Origin: Calcarisporiella thermophila CBS 279.70
Lineage: Eukaryota > Fungi > Calcarisporiellomycota
Reading direction: 5' to 3'
Assembly (NCBI RefSeq): GCF_041956535.1
Contig: NW_027192194.1
Coordinates: 1,005,103-1,069,102, forward strand
Length of the DNA stretch: 64,000 nucleotides
Shown piece after piece: positions 51,810 through 63,665 of the stretch. The notes beneath the pieces are model-generated. The model worked only from the letters and a program-made list of their open reading frames with translations. It was not told where the DNA came from and searched no databases. Position 1 is the stretch's first letter; every line of letters starts with the position of its first letter. The position numbers and the translations under genes were made by a program.

Positions 51810-54800
51810 TTATTCTTCGTCATCCTCGTCGTCCTCTTCCTCGTCGTCATCGTCCTCCTCTCCTTCACTGCTCAACAGCTCCTCCATTTCTTCCTGTAGC
51901 TTTGCAATTGTCTCTGCCTTTTTACTTCTCGGAGTATGCCCCCGTTTATTGACCGCCTGCACCTCTCTATCACGCTCTGCCTCTTCTTCCTCCTCATCCT
52001 CGTCAACTTCTTCTTCATCCTCCTCCTCTTCCTCACTCGACTCTTCAATGACACGTTTAATCCTATTGGATTTAGAACTTCTTGGAGGCTGCTGTCTCTG
52101 CGGTGTTTTCTCTTTAGCCTGGTTTTCGTTTGCCTCTTCCTCCTCTTCTTCCTCTTCTTCCTCCTCCTCGACATCTTCCTCATCGCTCGACTCTCCTGAT
52201 GGCTCCTCAACTACGCGGTTGATTTTATTCGATTTTGCGCTCCGAGGAGGTAGTTGTCGCGGAGGAGGGGGCGTCCTTTCTTCCATATCCGACTCACTCT
52301 CCTCTTCTTCCGAGGAAATCTCTTCTCTCACCTTCTTGGTTCTATTAGATTTTGCGCTTCGAGGAGGCTGCTGTTTGGGTGGCGGGGGCGTTTTGTCCTC
52401 ATCCTCATCGGAGCTAGTATCCTCCTGTTCCGAGTCCGATAATGTCTGGAGGAAATTGCGGATCTCAAGGAATTCTTCACTGCTCGCAAACGCATCTGTC
52501 ATGTCAACACCAGAGTAGGAGGAGAGCTTAGCCATAAGTCGGTGGATTTGTGTCTCGAATTTGGTGAAGGCATTGCGGGCAATAGAATCCGTTATTGGGC
52601 GTTTCTAGATCAAAAAAGTGAGTGCTAGATTAGTTTACCTTTGAAAGAAGGAAAAACAAGAAAGAAATACCCGTTTTAAAGAGGCTGATAAAAGAATAAG
52701 CTTTTGCAGCTGTAACATACTGGCTTCTTCTACCCATAGTCGGTTGAGAATCTGACATAGGATTTTTCGTGACGCGGCTAAGCAATATAAGGTACAAGAA
52801 AATCGTATTCAGTGGAAGGGGCCGATTGAGTGAAAGTTGCAACGGGTACTCACCACCTTGCTCGACAAAAATTCCCTTCAATATCTCAATTGCAATGTCT
52901 GCCTGGAGGCCTTGGTTCCCATTCGCTTTCTGATTAAAACTATTGAATTTCCGTGACAGGGATAGCCCAGTCAATAAAGATCGGGTCAAAATACTCTCCC
53001 CCAATAGTGGCCACTTACTTGATAAGCTTTCTTGGGTCTGTCCAGTCCACCAGCTGCGATCCTATTTGTAGCGGAGGCACCATGCTCTCTTTGTGATGCT
53101 TATGCAGCTTGAAGACATGAAGTAGTACGGGCACGAAGATTTCAGCCATGACTGTTTGGTTCTCCGCGGAGGAATGGCAAAATACGGGCACGAAGTAAGA
53201 TAGGCACTGGCGAAGACGGAGGTTGGAAGCAGTGCCGGGGTCAAAGTACAGGATCAACATGGTACGCAAAAGCTATTGCAGAGCATCGATTTTAGTGCAT
53301 ACAAGAATGTGCCGTTGGCGCGTCATTCGAACCTACCTTCTCCTCTCGCATCATTTTGGTAAGCATTAGCTTGGCGGTTCCCTCGACCGCAATTGCCTGG
53401 AGCTCAGGAGTACCTTGCTCGAGCACGAACTTTAGCATTTTGCGAATATCATTGGGCTAGAAAGCAATGGTGGGTCAGCTTTCACTTGGCTTGGGCAAGA
53501 AGATAAAAAAAAACACGAAGAGAAAAGAATACCTGGGCAGTTTGGGCGGTAATGGTGCTGTATCCGTAGGCCATGATGATATCGAATACAACCTAAAATC
53601 ATGAAACGTTAGCGAAAGAAAGCAATGAATGCACGAAATAAATCGGCACCTTGAGACATTTTAGTTGGAGATCGGCGTGCCCATTGAGAACACAGTATAT
53701 AAACATCTGGATATTTTGGAATGCAAGCGTCTACATGGTAACAAATTTGTTTTAACACAGAGAACGCTCAATACTGATGGAGGGCGAGGACACTCACCCT
53801 GTCTAGAATGCAGAAGAGTCCCAAGCAATAAAGGCCCTCCTCCCTCATGATGGGCTCCATGCTTCGAACTGCAGGAATCACCAGCTCGCTCAGCAATCCA
53901 TAGAGGGTTGAGTTATCGCACAGAGGCTACAAGATGGCACTCAGTTAAAAACTCAGTTGCAAAATAGATTTACATTTTTTTGCTACCTCTTCACTTTTCT
54001 CCAACATCCTTCGAACGATCAGCAGGCACTTCAAATGTGCCAGCGCCGCCGTTGCAGCTTTCTCCTCCTTGGTTTTTTCATCCTCCTCCTCCTGGTCTCT
54101 ATCGAGATCACTTGAAGCCTTTCGTTTATTCGAACCCGGGCTTATGTTTTCCTGGTCGTCTAACGTATCTTCACTTGTTGATTCGACAATTTCCGATATA
54201 ATTTCGACCATAAGTCTGCGTGAACTGTTAATAAAGCAACGAGAACTGGACACGAAAAATAAGCTTACCGAGTAAAATCCTGCTCTTTTGACGATAGTTT
54301 TCTCATAATATCAACGATGCTCTCGACATGATCATCGGGGGTGTCGGGTAAAACAAGAAGTTCCCCTATAGCGAAGAAGGAAAAGAAATATTTAACAAGA
54401 ATCCTTATTCAAACTGGCATCAATGAGTAAACTTACGAAGTAAAATGAACATTTTACGCCGTCCTATCTCGTCCGAGTAGTCCAGCTGTTTCGCGATTTG
54501 TAGCAGTTGCCCTACGATAAATTCATAATCCTCATGCAAATCTTGGTCCGTCTCCTGCATCAGATTACTATATTTCTGAATATAGAAGGCTTGGCGTGTT
54601 ACTTCGGGCATCACCTGGTCCATTTTTTCCTCCATCTTGATATCAACACGCGTTAGATTGTAGATTCAGATCAAGAAAGACAAAAGTCATCCTCTATGGA
54701 TAGTACCTTGTTATCCTTTAAGTGCTGGAATAATACGCGGACCAGGAATGCGCTTTCCGTTGTAAGGTTATCCCAGAAATTGACTATCAAGATTTGAGCC

Positions 54801-56237
54801 ACTTAGCAAATCACATCTACCGAGAAGCACATAAAGAGCCTACAGTCCAACTCAAGTCCTTCAATGATATCTGGGCGTGATTCAAAGAACGCCAGCAAAA
54901 CGGGCTCGGCAACCTCTTTATTCGTAACGTCTAAACGTTCCAAGAACTGAATGGTGGAAGAATCAAAAACGCAAAATGGAAGTATTTTAGGGCATTGGAG
55001 CATATGGTCCAAAGAGTCATTTCACAAACCTCAAGCAAATTACTATTTGCATGTTCGATCCAACTTGATGTCAACATTTGGGCACATGCTTTCTTCACCG
55101 GCTGATCTCTGAAAACGTCATAAGCGATAAGTCAATTGGCTATAATACACTTTTTGTAAACTGTGAAAAACCTGTCTGTCAGCCCGTTGAGTAGCACCTG
55201 TTCTCGTTGAGATAGATTTAGCATTCTAAAGTCGACAAGTTCGCTCAGGGGGTGAAGAAATACAGCACGTCGAGTGATCGCATCAATGTCACGAGAACGT
55301 TCTACTATTGAGGGGATGGTGTCCTGGTTGACTTCAATATTATTGAGAACAGTACGACGGACCTCGCTAACGCAAAAGACCAAATAATATTAAAACGAAT
55401 AGTCAAATCCAAAGTCAATACAAGAATCCCTACGCGCTCGGGTCAAAGCGAATCATATGTGTGAGCCGCTTCGTCACAATTTTATTCTCTAATGTGCCTT
55501 CTTCATCAGTTTCCTGTAGCCGCGTAAGTGCGATAGCAGCTTGTACACGAATAGCCGCCTCCTTGTCTCGCACGCGTTCAACAAGAGCATTCTGGAGTTC
55601 TTGGAACAAATCTTCGCTATTGCAGATATACATATATATAACTACTGGAGGTAGCTCTATAATAGTAGTGACACTCACTCTATCGCTCCCAACAAACTGA
55701 CGCTTAGAGCTATTAGCTGACAGACCCGAAGTCGCACGTTTTTGTCTTTTGCATGCATACCCTTGAGCAGATGTCTGACCAAGAATTCAGCCGTGCGAGA
55801 TGAAGGAGTCTCCTCCTCTTCATCGTCATCCATAGGCTCTTTCTCCACTTCATCACCATTTTCCTTCCCGTTCGTCTTGCTTTTTAGATCTACATAAACA
55901 AGAGAGTGTATACAATTCTACTGTTGGACTAAACATAAGCTGGCAGTGGTGGTTGCTCACCCTTCTCCCGGCTATACTGCATGAAAATTCCCAAAAATTT
56001 TACAATCTTCTCCGCAAATGGATCACGCCGTTTGACAGCCAAAATTCTGTTAATGTTACGCACAAGCTCTGAATGAAAAGCGTGCTCACCACGCTCACCA
56101 GATGCATTAAGGCATTGTTCCTGGATTTTGCGCAAGGCGACTGCGTAGTTACGTTGCGATGAAGCGCGTTGACACTCTTGAAAGATAACCGGAATGGATT
56201 GTGAGAGTGTGGGTAGGGGATCTTTTTTGGGCACCAT
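51810..56237 (-). CDS. YCG1: Condensin HEAT subunit Ycg1/Cnd3/CAP-G, many exons
   Basis: IFQECQ, KDKNVRLRVCQL, RVRDKEAAIRVQA, FDPS.EVRR, ERSRDID, DYSDEIGRRKM, AIAVEGTAKL, LRLRQCLSYFVPVF. Confidence 0.93.
52050..52395 (-). repeat. Three imperfect coding repeats (TPPPP)xQ(Q/L)PPRS(A/S)KSN(R/K) in the Ycg1 acidic tail
   Basis: KTPPPPKQQPPRSAKSNR, RTPPPPRQLPPRSAKSNK, KTPQRQQPPRSSKSNR separated by acidic runs. Confidence 0.85.
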
Positions 56238-56277
56238 TACGATGATAGTAGCATTGAATCTTGATCTATTGGTTTTA

Positions 56278-56336
56278 ACGCGTCCTTTTTTTTTTAAAGA
56301 CGAAGTGTGGCTTGTTGATTCTTTAAGAATACGCGT
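56278..56336. promoter_or_regulatory. Two perfect MCB boxes (ACGCGT) flanking TTTAAA upstream of YCG1
   Basis: ACGCGT at 56278-56283 and 56331-56336; TTTAAA ~56293-56298; 40-100 bp upstream of the ATG. Confidence 0.6.
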
Positions 56337-56742
56337 TTCTTCATATAATACAAAATCGATCGAACATCCAAAGTCTAAGTACTAAATTTTGAGTAATTGG
56401 AATCGATATAGACTAAGGAAAAAAAAAAAAGAAAATAAAGATAAAAACAAACAGCAAACAATAAAAGACCTAAATAAAACACATGGAGAAATAGTATCGG
56501 AAAGAGAAACACAGTTTAGAACGAATACAATCCACATGAAAGCAGGATAGGGAAATATTTAGTGAATAGAGGTAATAAAATAAGAACTGACAAGGATAGG
56601 AGAAGTAGTATCACAAATAATATAGAACATCAGAGAGTAATAAACACAGTGTAGTTTTCTCGTTGCTTGCCGAAAAATTTCTTTTAGAGTAATAGATGGT
56701 AAATATAGGAACGATCCCGAAAAAGGCTCCTTTGAGCAGCCT

Positions 56743-59700
56743 TCACACTATCCAAATCTTCGTATTATTGGACTTGGCCATACTCCCGCTCGCAAGGAAG
56801 TGTCGCCCACTTTCATCCCCACTCGAGCTACACGCCAGCGCAGCAACCACTCCCGTCTGGGCCTGCGGAACGGGAATGGGATCCGTACCTTCCTGTGAAC
56901 CGGCCATTTTCCCGCCGGTTTGCCCGGCACCCTCGAAATTCCACACGTAGATCACCTCATAATCGCCGAAGGCAACGCGCGGCGAACCCGAAGCGCCTCC
57001 ACCAAGGAATGCGCAGCTGCTAATTTTACCCGTCTGGGGCTGGTATTGATTGACAATCTTATAGTGGGTCGTTTCCCAGACACAGATGATATCATCTGAT
57101 GATGTGACAAGATAGGTACCATCCGCTGACCAGTCGATCGAAGTGATATTTTTTAAGTGCGGTGCGGATATGATACGTGTCGTGGTGTTTTCCGCCGCAA
57201 TGCTCTCATCCTTACACGTATTGATATCCACTATGGACAAGGTCGTGGCGAATGCAGCGGCGACTACCGTACTCGACAGGGGGCGGAAACGCAACGGATT
57301 CGCTGGAAAACCGGATTTGGTGGTGGAGGACATGCGAATCGTTTTGACGCACTTAGCGGTTATCACGTTCCAGACTTTAAGCTCTCCCTCCGCGTCTAGC
57401 GAGATGAATGTGTCGCTTCTCGCAATAGGGCAAAAATCAACCGCTTTGATCTCGGCATTTCCCGTAAAGACAGCCAGACAGGCCACCGTTGGCGCTCCGG
57501 ATTTCAGAGCAGTGCCTAGGTCCCAGAGACGGATACTGCGATCATGCGATGCAGTGATCAACAAATGGCGTTCATCGGGGCTGAATCGTACAGCAGTGAT
57601 CTGCTGCGAGTGGTGCCCCTCTAAAGTGAACCGAATGGATTTCTCCTGGACCGACCAGATAAGAACCTAGGAGTCAACATGGACAAATCAGCACTGAACA
57701 TCTCACATCCCGACGATTGAGCATTCAAACCTTTTTGTCTAGTCCAGCACTTGCAAGCCATTTGCCATCAAAGGAAAAGGCACACGCATTCACCTTGTTC
57801 GAATGTCCAGCGAGATCAGCGTATAGTTGCAGAGGAAGCTTGTCGCTACCCGAGAATTGGGATCCGTTGCCTCCCATACCAGCCATATTGGCGAGAAAAC
57901 CCCCTCCTGACCCAAATATATCTACCTCTCCTAAACCATTGGAATCGTCGCCGCCCGTAAAAATATCAGAAAAATCTCCCTCGCCCATCATTAATCGATC
58001 CAAATCCTCAACAGAAGAAAGTTTAAGCGCAGGGTTGGCTGCCGCAAAATTGGTAGCATTGTTTGCGACGGAGGGGTTTGCGTTAGCTCGGTCCAAATTT
58101 GGTGCATTGGGCACGGAAGCGATATTTTTTGTGGGCGATGTGTTCTATAATGCAAATAATATTTATCAATGATATATCATAGATCAATACCAATAGTGCA
58201 TTCACTAAGCATCAATTCAATAAATACCTGGGGTGGTTCATTGGGCAATCTATCATATTTCTGCTGGTCTTGGCCGTGTGAAGTATTAAAGCTGGCTTTA
58301 CGATTTTGCTTGGCTCCCTTCTTCTCCTCTTGTGGCTGACCTTGAGGATGAGGTGGTTGACGGGACTGCCCTAAATGGGGCTGTTGTTGAGGTTGAGATT
58401 GTTGCTGGGATTGTTGAGGAGAGGGGTGCTGGGCATTAGCTATCTGTTTCTGAAGAGCGATCTGCTGGTGCTGCTGGGCCAGCATCTGGGACTGCTGACG
58501 CTTAATCGCCATTTGTTGATTTGACATAGCAAACCTCTCATTCGCCATTGTTGCAGCATTAGCCTGTGGGTTTATATTACCGGAATGGGGACCAGAAGTA
58601 TCCGGCGAACGCATATCTGGCACAACCGCATTACCCCCTGAGTTCTGTCGCTCACGTATCATCTGGGCGTTTGCCATCGGTGATTGAGGTTGTAAATTGT
58701 TTCCTAATTATGCATCGTCATTATTAGTCGTAAGATCTTGAATTGAGTCGGGCGAATCACAAACCATTAGCCGCCGCTTGTGCCATTTGCATCATAATGT
58801 ACTGCTGTTGTTGTGGCGGTAACCCAGCTGACATTTGCATTGCTGTTATTTGAGATTGACTCAAGCGTTGCTGTTTCTGCTGCTGGTGCTGTTGTTGTTG
58901 CGGCTGCTGCTGTTGCTGTTGCTGTAAATGCTGTTGTTGTTGTTGTAACTGCTGTTGTTGCCGCTGAAACATTGCCGCTTGGAATTCAGCAATGGCCTGG
59001 GGATTCATCTGGTTCGGCATTGGCTGGGGAATGCCTTGGGAGTTCGGTGGCATCATTCCCATTGCTGCCTGCTGTGGATTCATTCGAGGATTTGACATTG
59101 CTCGACGCATCTGCAATTGGTGCAGGTATTGTTGCTAATAAAAGAGTTTGCTCAGCAATAGTTAAAAAAAAAACAGAAAGAGGTTTTCTTTTAAACCTGG
59201 ATATTTTGCATGCTCTGCATGTTTTGAGGAGACTGCGGGTTGATGGGGTACCCTCTAGAGAGCATTTGTTGATTCGGATTCATATTGGCTACACATCCAA
59301 AGATAAAAATGAAGAGGATACTCGCGGAAAAAAAATAAGAGCTAGAAATACATACGGTCAGCCATGAACTGCTGCATAGGATTGACAGGCATATTCGGAG
59401 TACTAGGCGTTCCAGGAACACCTGGGCTCATGGGTAAACCTGGTGTTGTTGGACCGTTCATTGGAGCGGGACTATTCGCATTCGGCATTACAGGAGTATA
59501 AGGCACAGAGTTTATACGAGGGCGTTTTGACTCAGGGGGGGATGCACTAGGTTCGTTGTCAATACGTTCAGAAGACCGCCGTTTCTACAATTGGAAAAGC
59601 ATGTTCATTAATAAGATTTTAATTTTCAGATGAATGTTTTTACTTACTGCTACCTGGGGCACTGGAACATCACCTTGGTGGGAAGGATTACGAGACCGAA

Positions 59701-61118
59701 CCTGTGCTCGTTGCATTTGTGCATGGTGTTGCTGAGCCTGCTGCTGAATTTGATGCTGTGCTTGCTGTTGCACTTGTTGCTGTGACTGCATCACTGGTCT
59801 CTGAAATTGTTGCCCGGGCATACCACTAACGCTTTATATAAATTTAGAATACATACTTGATGAATTGTTTAAGGCTGGAGATGTTACCTGGCTCGTTGCT
59901 GCATGGTTTGCGCGTTTATTTGAGAAAATTTTTTCAGTTGAGCCATGAACATTTGCTTTGAGAGGAAAAAAAAAGGGTAAAATGGAAAATTAGATTGCGA
60001 GCACATCAATTGCGCGACAAAACTTACATTTTCTTCCATAGTTAAAGAGCCTGGGTCACGTCCCGCCAAACCAACATCCTGTAGCGCCTGCTGAATCATT
60101 TGCTGATTAACAACAAACCCATTTTGTTGTGGCATTTGTGGTGTACCCATATGTGTCATTATATTTCCATCGTTGCCCTGCGCGGTTGGTACTCCTTGGT
60201 CAGTACTACTTCGAACCATCACTGGCGACGAGCTGATATTTGAAACTAGTTGCTGGGGAGGGTGAGATGAAGTTGGTGTTTGTGGGGTATTTGTAAATCC
60301 GCCGTCGGCTGATTGCATGGAGCGAGAAGTCTGAGAAGAGGGTTGTTGATGGAGTGATGTTGGTGGCTGAGTGGGTTGGGATGGCTGATGCTGCTGAGAC
60401 GGAGGGGGTATTTGCTGGAGAGTTGAGGAAGGAGAAGATTGTGTTTGTTCCTGCTGCTGCTGTTGAACTTGTTGCTGCTGCTGCTGCTGCTGTTGCAGGA
60501 AAAATTGTTGCTGCTGTTGAAGCAGTAGTCGCTGCATATTCTGTTGTATTGCTTGCTGTTGCATTCGCTCCCGCTGTGTGCGCATGTTGCTAAACTATTT
60601 TGCAAAATTTCAAATTAATAGCTGCTCTAAATTTCAGATTTCAGCACTTACATCGACATATTGTTGTGCATCCCTGCTCCCTGTTTTAGTGACTTTGGCT
60701 GCGAACAAATCCCAGAACACTGACCACCATTCAAATAAGAAACTCTGAGGCATATCAAATGGCACATTTTCGTCGCGAATGTTTGCATCTTGCTTTAGGG
60801 CATTAGCAGCCGCCATAAAATTATGTTTTACACAGTAATCATAAATATACAACTGTAGAGCTTGGTGCGTCCGCAGATCTAGGCCTGTCGGTCGCGTTAA
60901 TGATGAAGACTGCGACGTGGAAGGCACAGAAGATTGCGGTTGCCTAAATTTCAGAGTAAGCATCGAGCAAAGTCCAAATTAGTACGAGAAAAATGCAACA
61001 AGATATCAAATTATTTTCGGGTTATTTTTCTTAAAAATGTCGATGATCTGTTGACAAGCGGGAGATCGAGAAAAATGTACCCGAAAATAACAGAGGTGGC
61101 AATAGAAACTTACATCAT
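56743..61118 (-). CDS. LEUNIG-like transcriptional coregulator: LisH/LUFS + Gln-rich region + WD40 propeller, multi-exon
   Basis: LQLYIYDYCVKHNFMAAANAL...SFLFEWWSVFWDLF (LUFS); polyQ exons; GHSNKVNACAFSFDGKWLASAGLDKKV|LIW and further WD repeats to the C-terminus; likely first coding exon ATGAT at 61114-61118. Confidence 0.85.
60440..60525 (-). repeat. CAG/CAA poly-Gln tract (a second one at ~58870-58960)
   Basis: (ctg)n/(ttg)n runs on the + strand. Confidence 0.9.
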
Positions 61119-61526
61119 TGCGAAAGCTAATTAGTAACGTAAAATATTACGATTAGGCCTAAGCGATTACAGCAATTGATCAATCATATATAGAGAGCTG
61201 TGATTTGGGAATAGACGACTGTCAGTTGATATTTGTGTAATTCTTTGCTGAACACGATTATTTAACTCGAAATAGAAGAGGAACAGACGAAGTCTGGGGT
61301 CGTAGAAAAGGGTTCTCACAGTCCGGACGTCATAGATTTTCGTCACTAATTTTAGCGAAAATTCGAATTTCAATAGGTGAATTTAAATCAGAAGGTATAG
61401 AAATACAGCAAAATAGAGAAAATCAACCAAATATATATATATGTATACGCATAGGATAGAATAAGTAAAAAAGAAAACAAATCTATAATACACAAGAGCA
61501 GAATGAAAAAGAGTTAAAAAACGCGT

Positions 61527-63665
61527 TCAAATTAACTCCTCTATGTCTCCATTTTCGCCTTGCTTTAGCACCTTTTTAGCCCATTCCTTCACAACTTTTA
61601 CATCATCCCACCGCTCTCTTTCTCGTAAAAACCAGAGAAGTGTATATAAAGTTTTTCTATCCACCTTTACATTATCATCCCCAACCATTTCTGTGGTCAC
61701 TATATAGATAGCTTCGCTATAGCACCCATGCCTGCATAAGCACTCAATGTATGAACAGTAGTTATTCTCATTGCGCGGAAAATGGCTCTCCCTTAACTTT
61801 TTCCATATCTCGCGTGCGCGTTTCAGGTTATTATTGTGTCCGCACGAGTCAAGGACAATGGATATGCTTGCATTGTCAACTGGAGCACCGGCGACCTCAA
61901 GCGAATCCCATAATTGAAGCACAGTCTCACCTCGACCACACCAGTTATAGGCATCCATTAATGCATTATAAAGGGGGATTTCCAATTCCACCCATGGATC
62001 CATTCGCAATTGCTCGTGAAGCGCCTGCACAGCCTCAATATCACGCACCTTGCCGCAAGCCGCAATAAGCGTCGTATAAAGATAGCTATCTGGTCGTAAT
62101 CCGGTACGGCGCATCCCGGCAAAAACTTGGCGAGCCTCAAATAATCGTCCTCGTTTAATCAATAAAGAAAGCATCGTCGTATACCCTTGCGGATTTAAAT
62201 ATATTTTTGAATATTTAAGATCGTAGTAAAACTGCAGCGCCTCGTCCACGTGTCCACTGCGAATGTAAGCGGCAATCAAAAAGGTGTAGGTGAAGGGATC
62301 AGGTTGTATCTCAAGTCTGAGCATGGTTTTATAAACCTCCAGAGACTTCTCGTACTTCCCGGCTTTACCAAACGAATCAATTAGTGCATTACAAAGTATT
62401 GCGCTCGGCTTTTCGCCATTATCCAATATTAACTGAAATATAGAATAGGCACGGTCGATGCGGTCAAAATTAAGGAGGTTGTGCACGAGATGGGTATATA
62501 TCTGGGTGTTTGGAGACACTCCATCATTCTGCATTTGTGTCAATATGTCGAGCGCGTCGTCCAGGTTACGCTGTTGTATATGTGCATCAATCAGCAAAAA
62601 ATACGTAACAACATCCGCTCGCAAGCCAGCCTGTTGCAGCTGTTTAAAATAAGAAATCGCCAACTCTGGTTTATTGCAGCGGAGACACGCATCCATCATT
62701 GAATTATAGGTGACACAGTTGGGAGGAATACCCTCACGCTGCATATTTTCAAAAGTTTCCTGGGCAGCTTTGTAATTACCTGACTTGCTGAACAAATTGA
62801 TTAAACCGCTGTATGCATAGGAATCCAGCGCGAGACCAGAGGATTGAATGTCACGATAGATTTTGGATCCCAATTCCGGATCACCAAATTTTGCACAGCC
62901 AGTGAGTAGCGTACTAAAGGTGAATACATCTGGTTTTAGTCCGGAATCCTTTAGCTGTGCATACAAACGCGTTGCCGTGTCTACATCACCCTTCTTCAAA
63001 TATAGGTCGATCATAGTGTTGTATGTAGTTACACTGGGCTGTGATTCACTGACCATCAAACTAAAAATCTTCCATGCCCCAGCAGTGTCTTGCGAACGCT
63101 TTAAGACGCTAAGCATAGTATTATAAGTTACGGTGTTTGGGACTATCCCAATTTTTCTCATACGATCGAATATTTGCATCGCTTTGGCGGGTTGTTTATG
63201 CAATCCATACGCATAGATAAGTGCGTTATACTCTAGATGGCGCGGTTTCATCCCGAGTCTTTGCATATCCTCTATTATCCTCTGAATCAATTCTAGATCG
63301 CGCTCATTTTTGCTTTTACGAAGTAATAACAAAACACCCCGATAATGGCCACGAGTAAGCAATTGCCTGTCGTCTGTTTTTTGGATGACAGAATATGCGG
63401 ATCTAACTATTGCAATATCTCCCTTTGATAGCGCGTGCTCAAGTTTACAGATGGATTTTGAGCTTAATACATCATGCGGCATAGATGCGATACTAGTTGC
63501 ATGCGAATTGCACCTTCTAAGTATTAAGTTAGGAACATTGTTGGTGTTGAATTGCAACGGATTGAGGTAATAGGATGGCCGATAACAAATGTACGTAGTA
63601 TTAAAATTTTGCCACGATGCGGTACACCATGCCGGTTTTATTAAGATGCGCAGAGATGCGCGCAT
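61527..63665 (-). CDS. Mitochondrial pentatricopeptide-repeat (PPR) protein, single exon
   Basis: 712 aa; more than 12 tandem 35-aa repeats (PNTVTYNTML, PDVFTFSTLL, PNCVTYNSMM...); presequence-like N-terminus. Confidence 0.93.
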   Translation of the reverse strand: MRASLRILIKPAWCTASWQNFNTTYICYRPSYYLNPLQFNTNNVPNLILRRCNSHATSIASMPHDVLSSKSICKLEHALSKGDIAIVRSAYSVIQKTDDRQLLTRGHYRGVLLLLRKSKNERDLELIQRIIEDMQRLGMKPRHLEYNALIYAYGLHKQPAKAMQIFDRMRKIGIVPNTVTYNTMLSVLKRSQDTAGAWKIFSLMVSESQPSVTTYNTMIDLYLKKGDVDTATRLYAQLKDSGLKPDVFTFSTLLTGCAKFGDPELGSKIYRDIQSSGLALDSYAYSGLINLFSKSGNYKAAQETFENMQREGIPPNCVTYNSMMDACLRCNKPELAISYFKQLQQAGLRADVVTYFLLIDAHIQQRNLDDALDILTQMQNDGVSPNTQIYTHLVHNLLNFDRIDRAYSIFQLILDNGEKPSAILCNALIDSFGKAGKYEKSLEVYKTMLRLEIQPDPFTYTFLIAAYIRSGHVDEALQFYYDLKYSKIYLNPQGYTTMLSLLIKRGRLFEARQVFAGMRRTGLRPDSYLYTTLIAACGKVRDIEAVQALHEQLRMDPWVELEIPLYNALMDAYNWCGRGETVLQLWDSLEVAGAPVDNASISIVLDSCGHNNNLKRAREIWKKLRESHFPRNENNYCSYIECLCRHGCYSEAIYIVTTEMVGDDNVKVDRKTLYTLLWFLRERERWDDVKVVKEWAKKVLKQGENGDIEELI

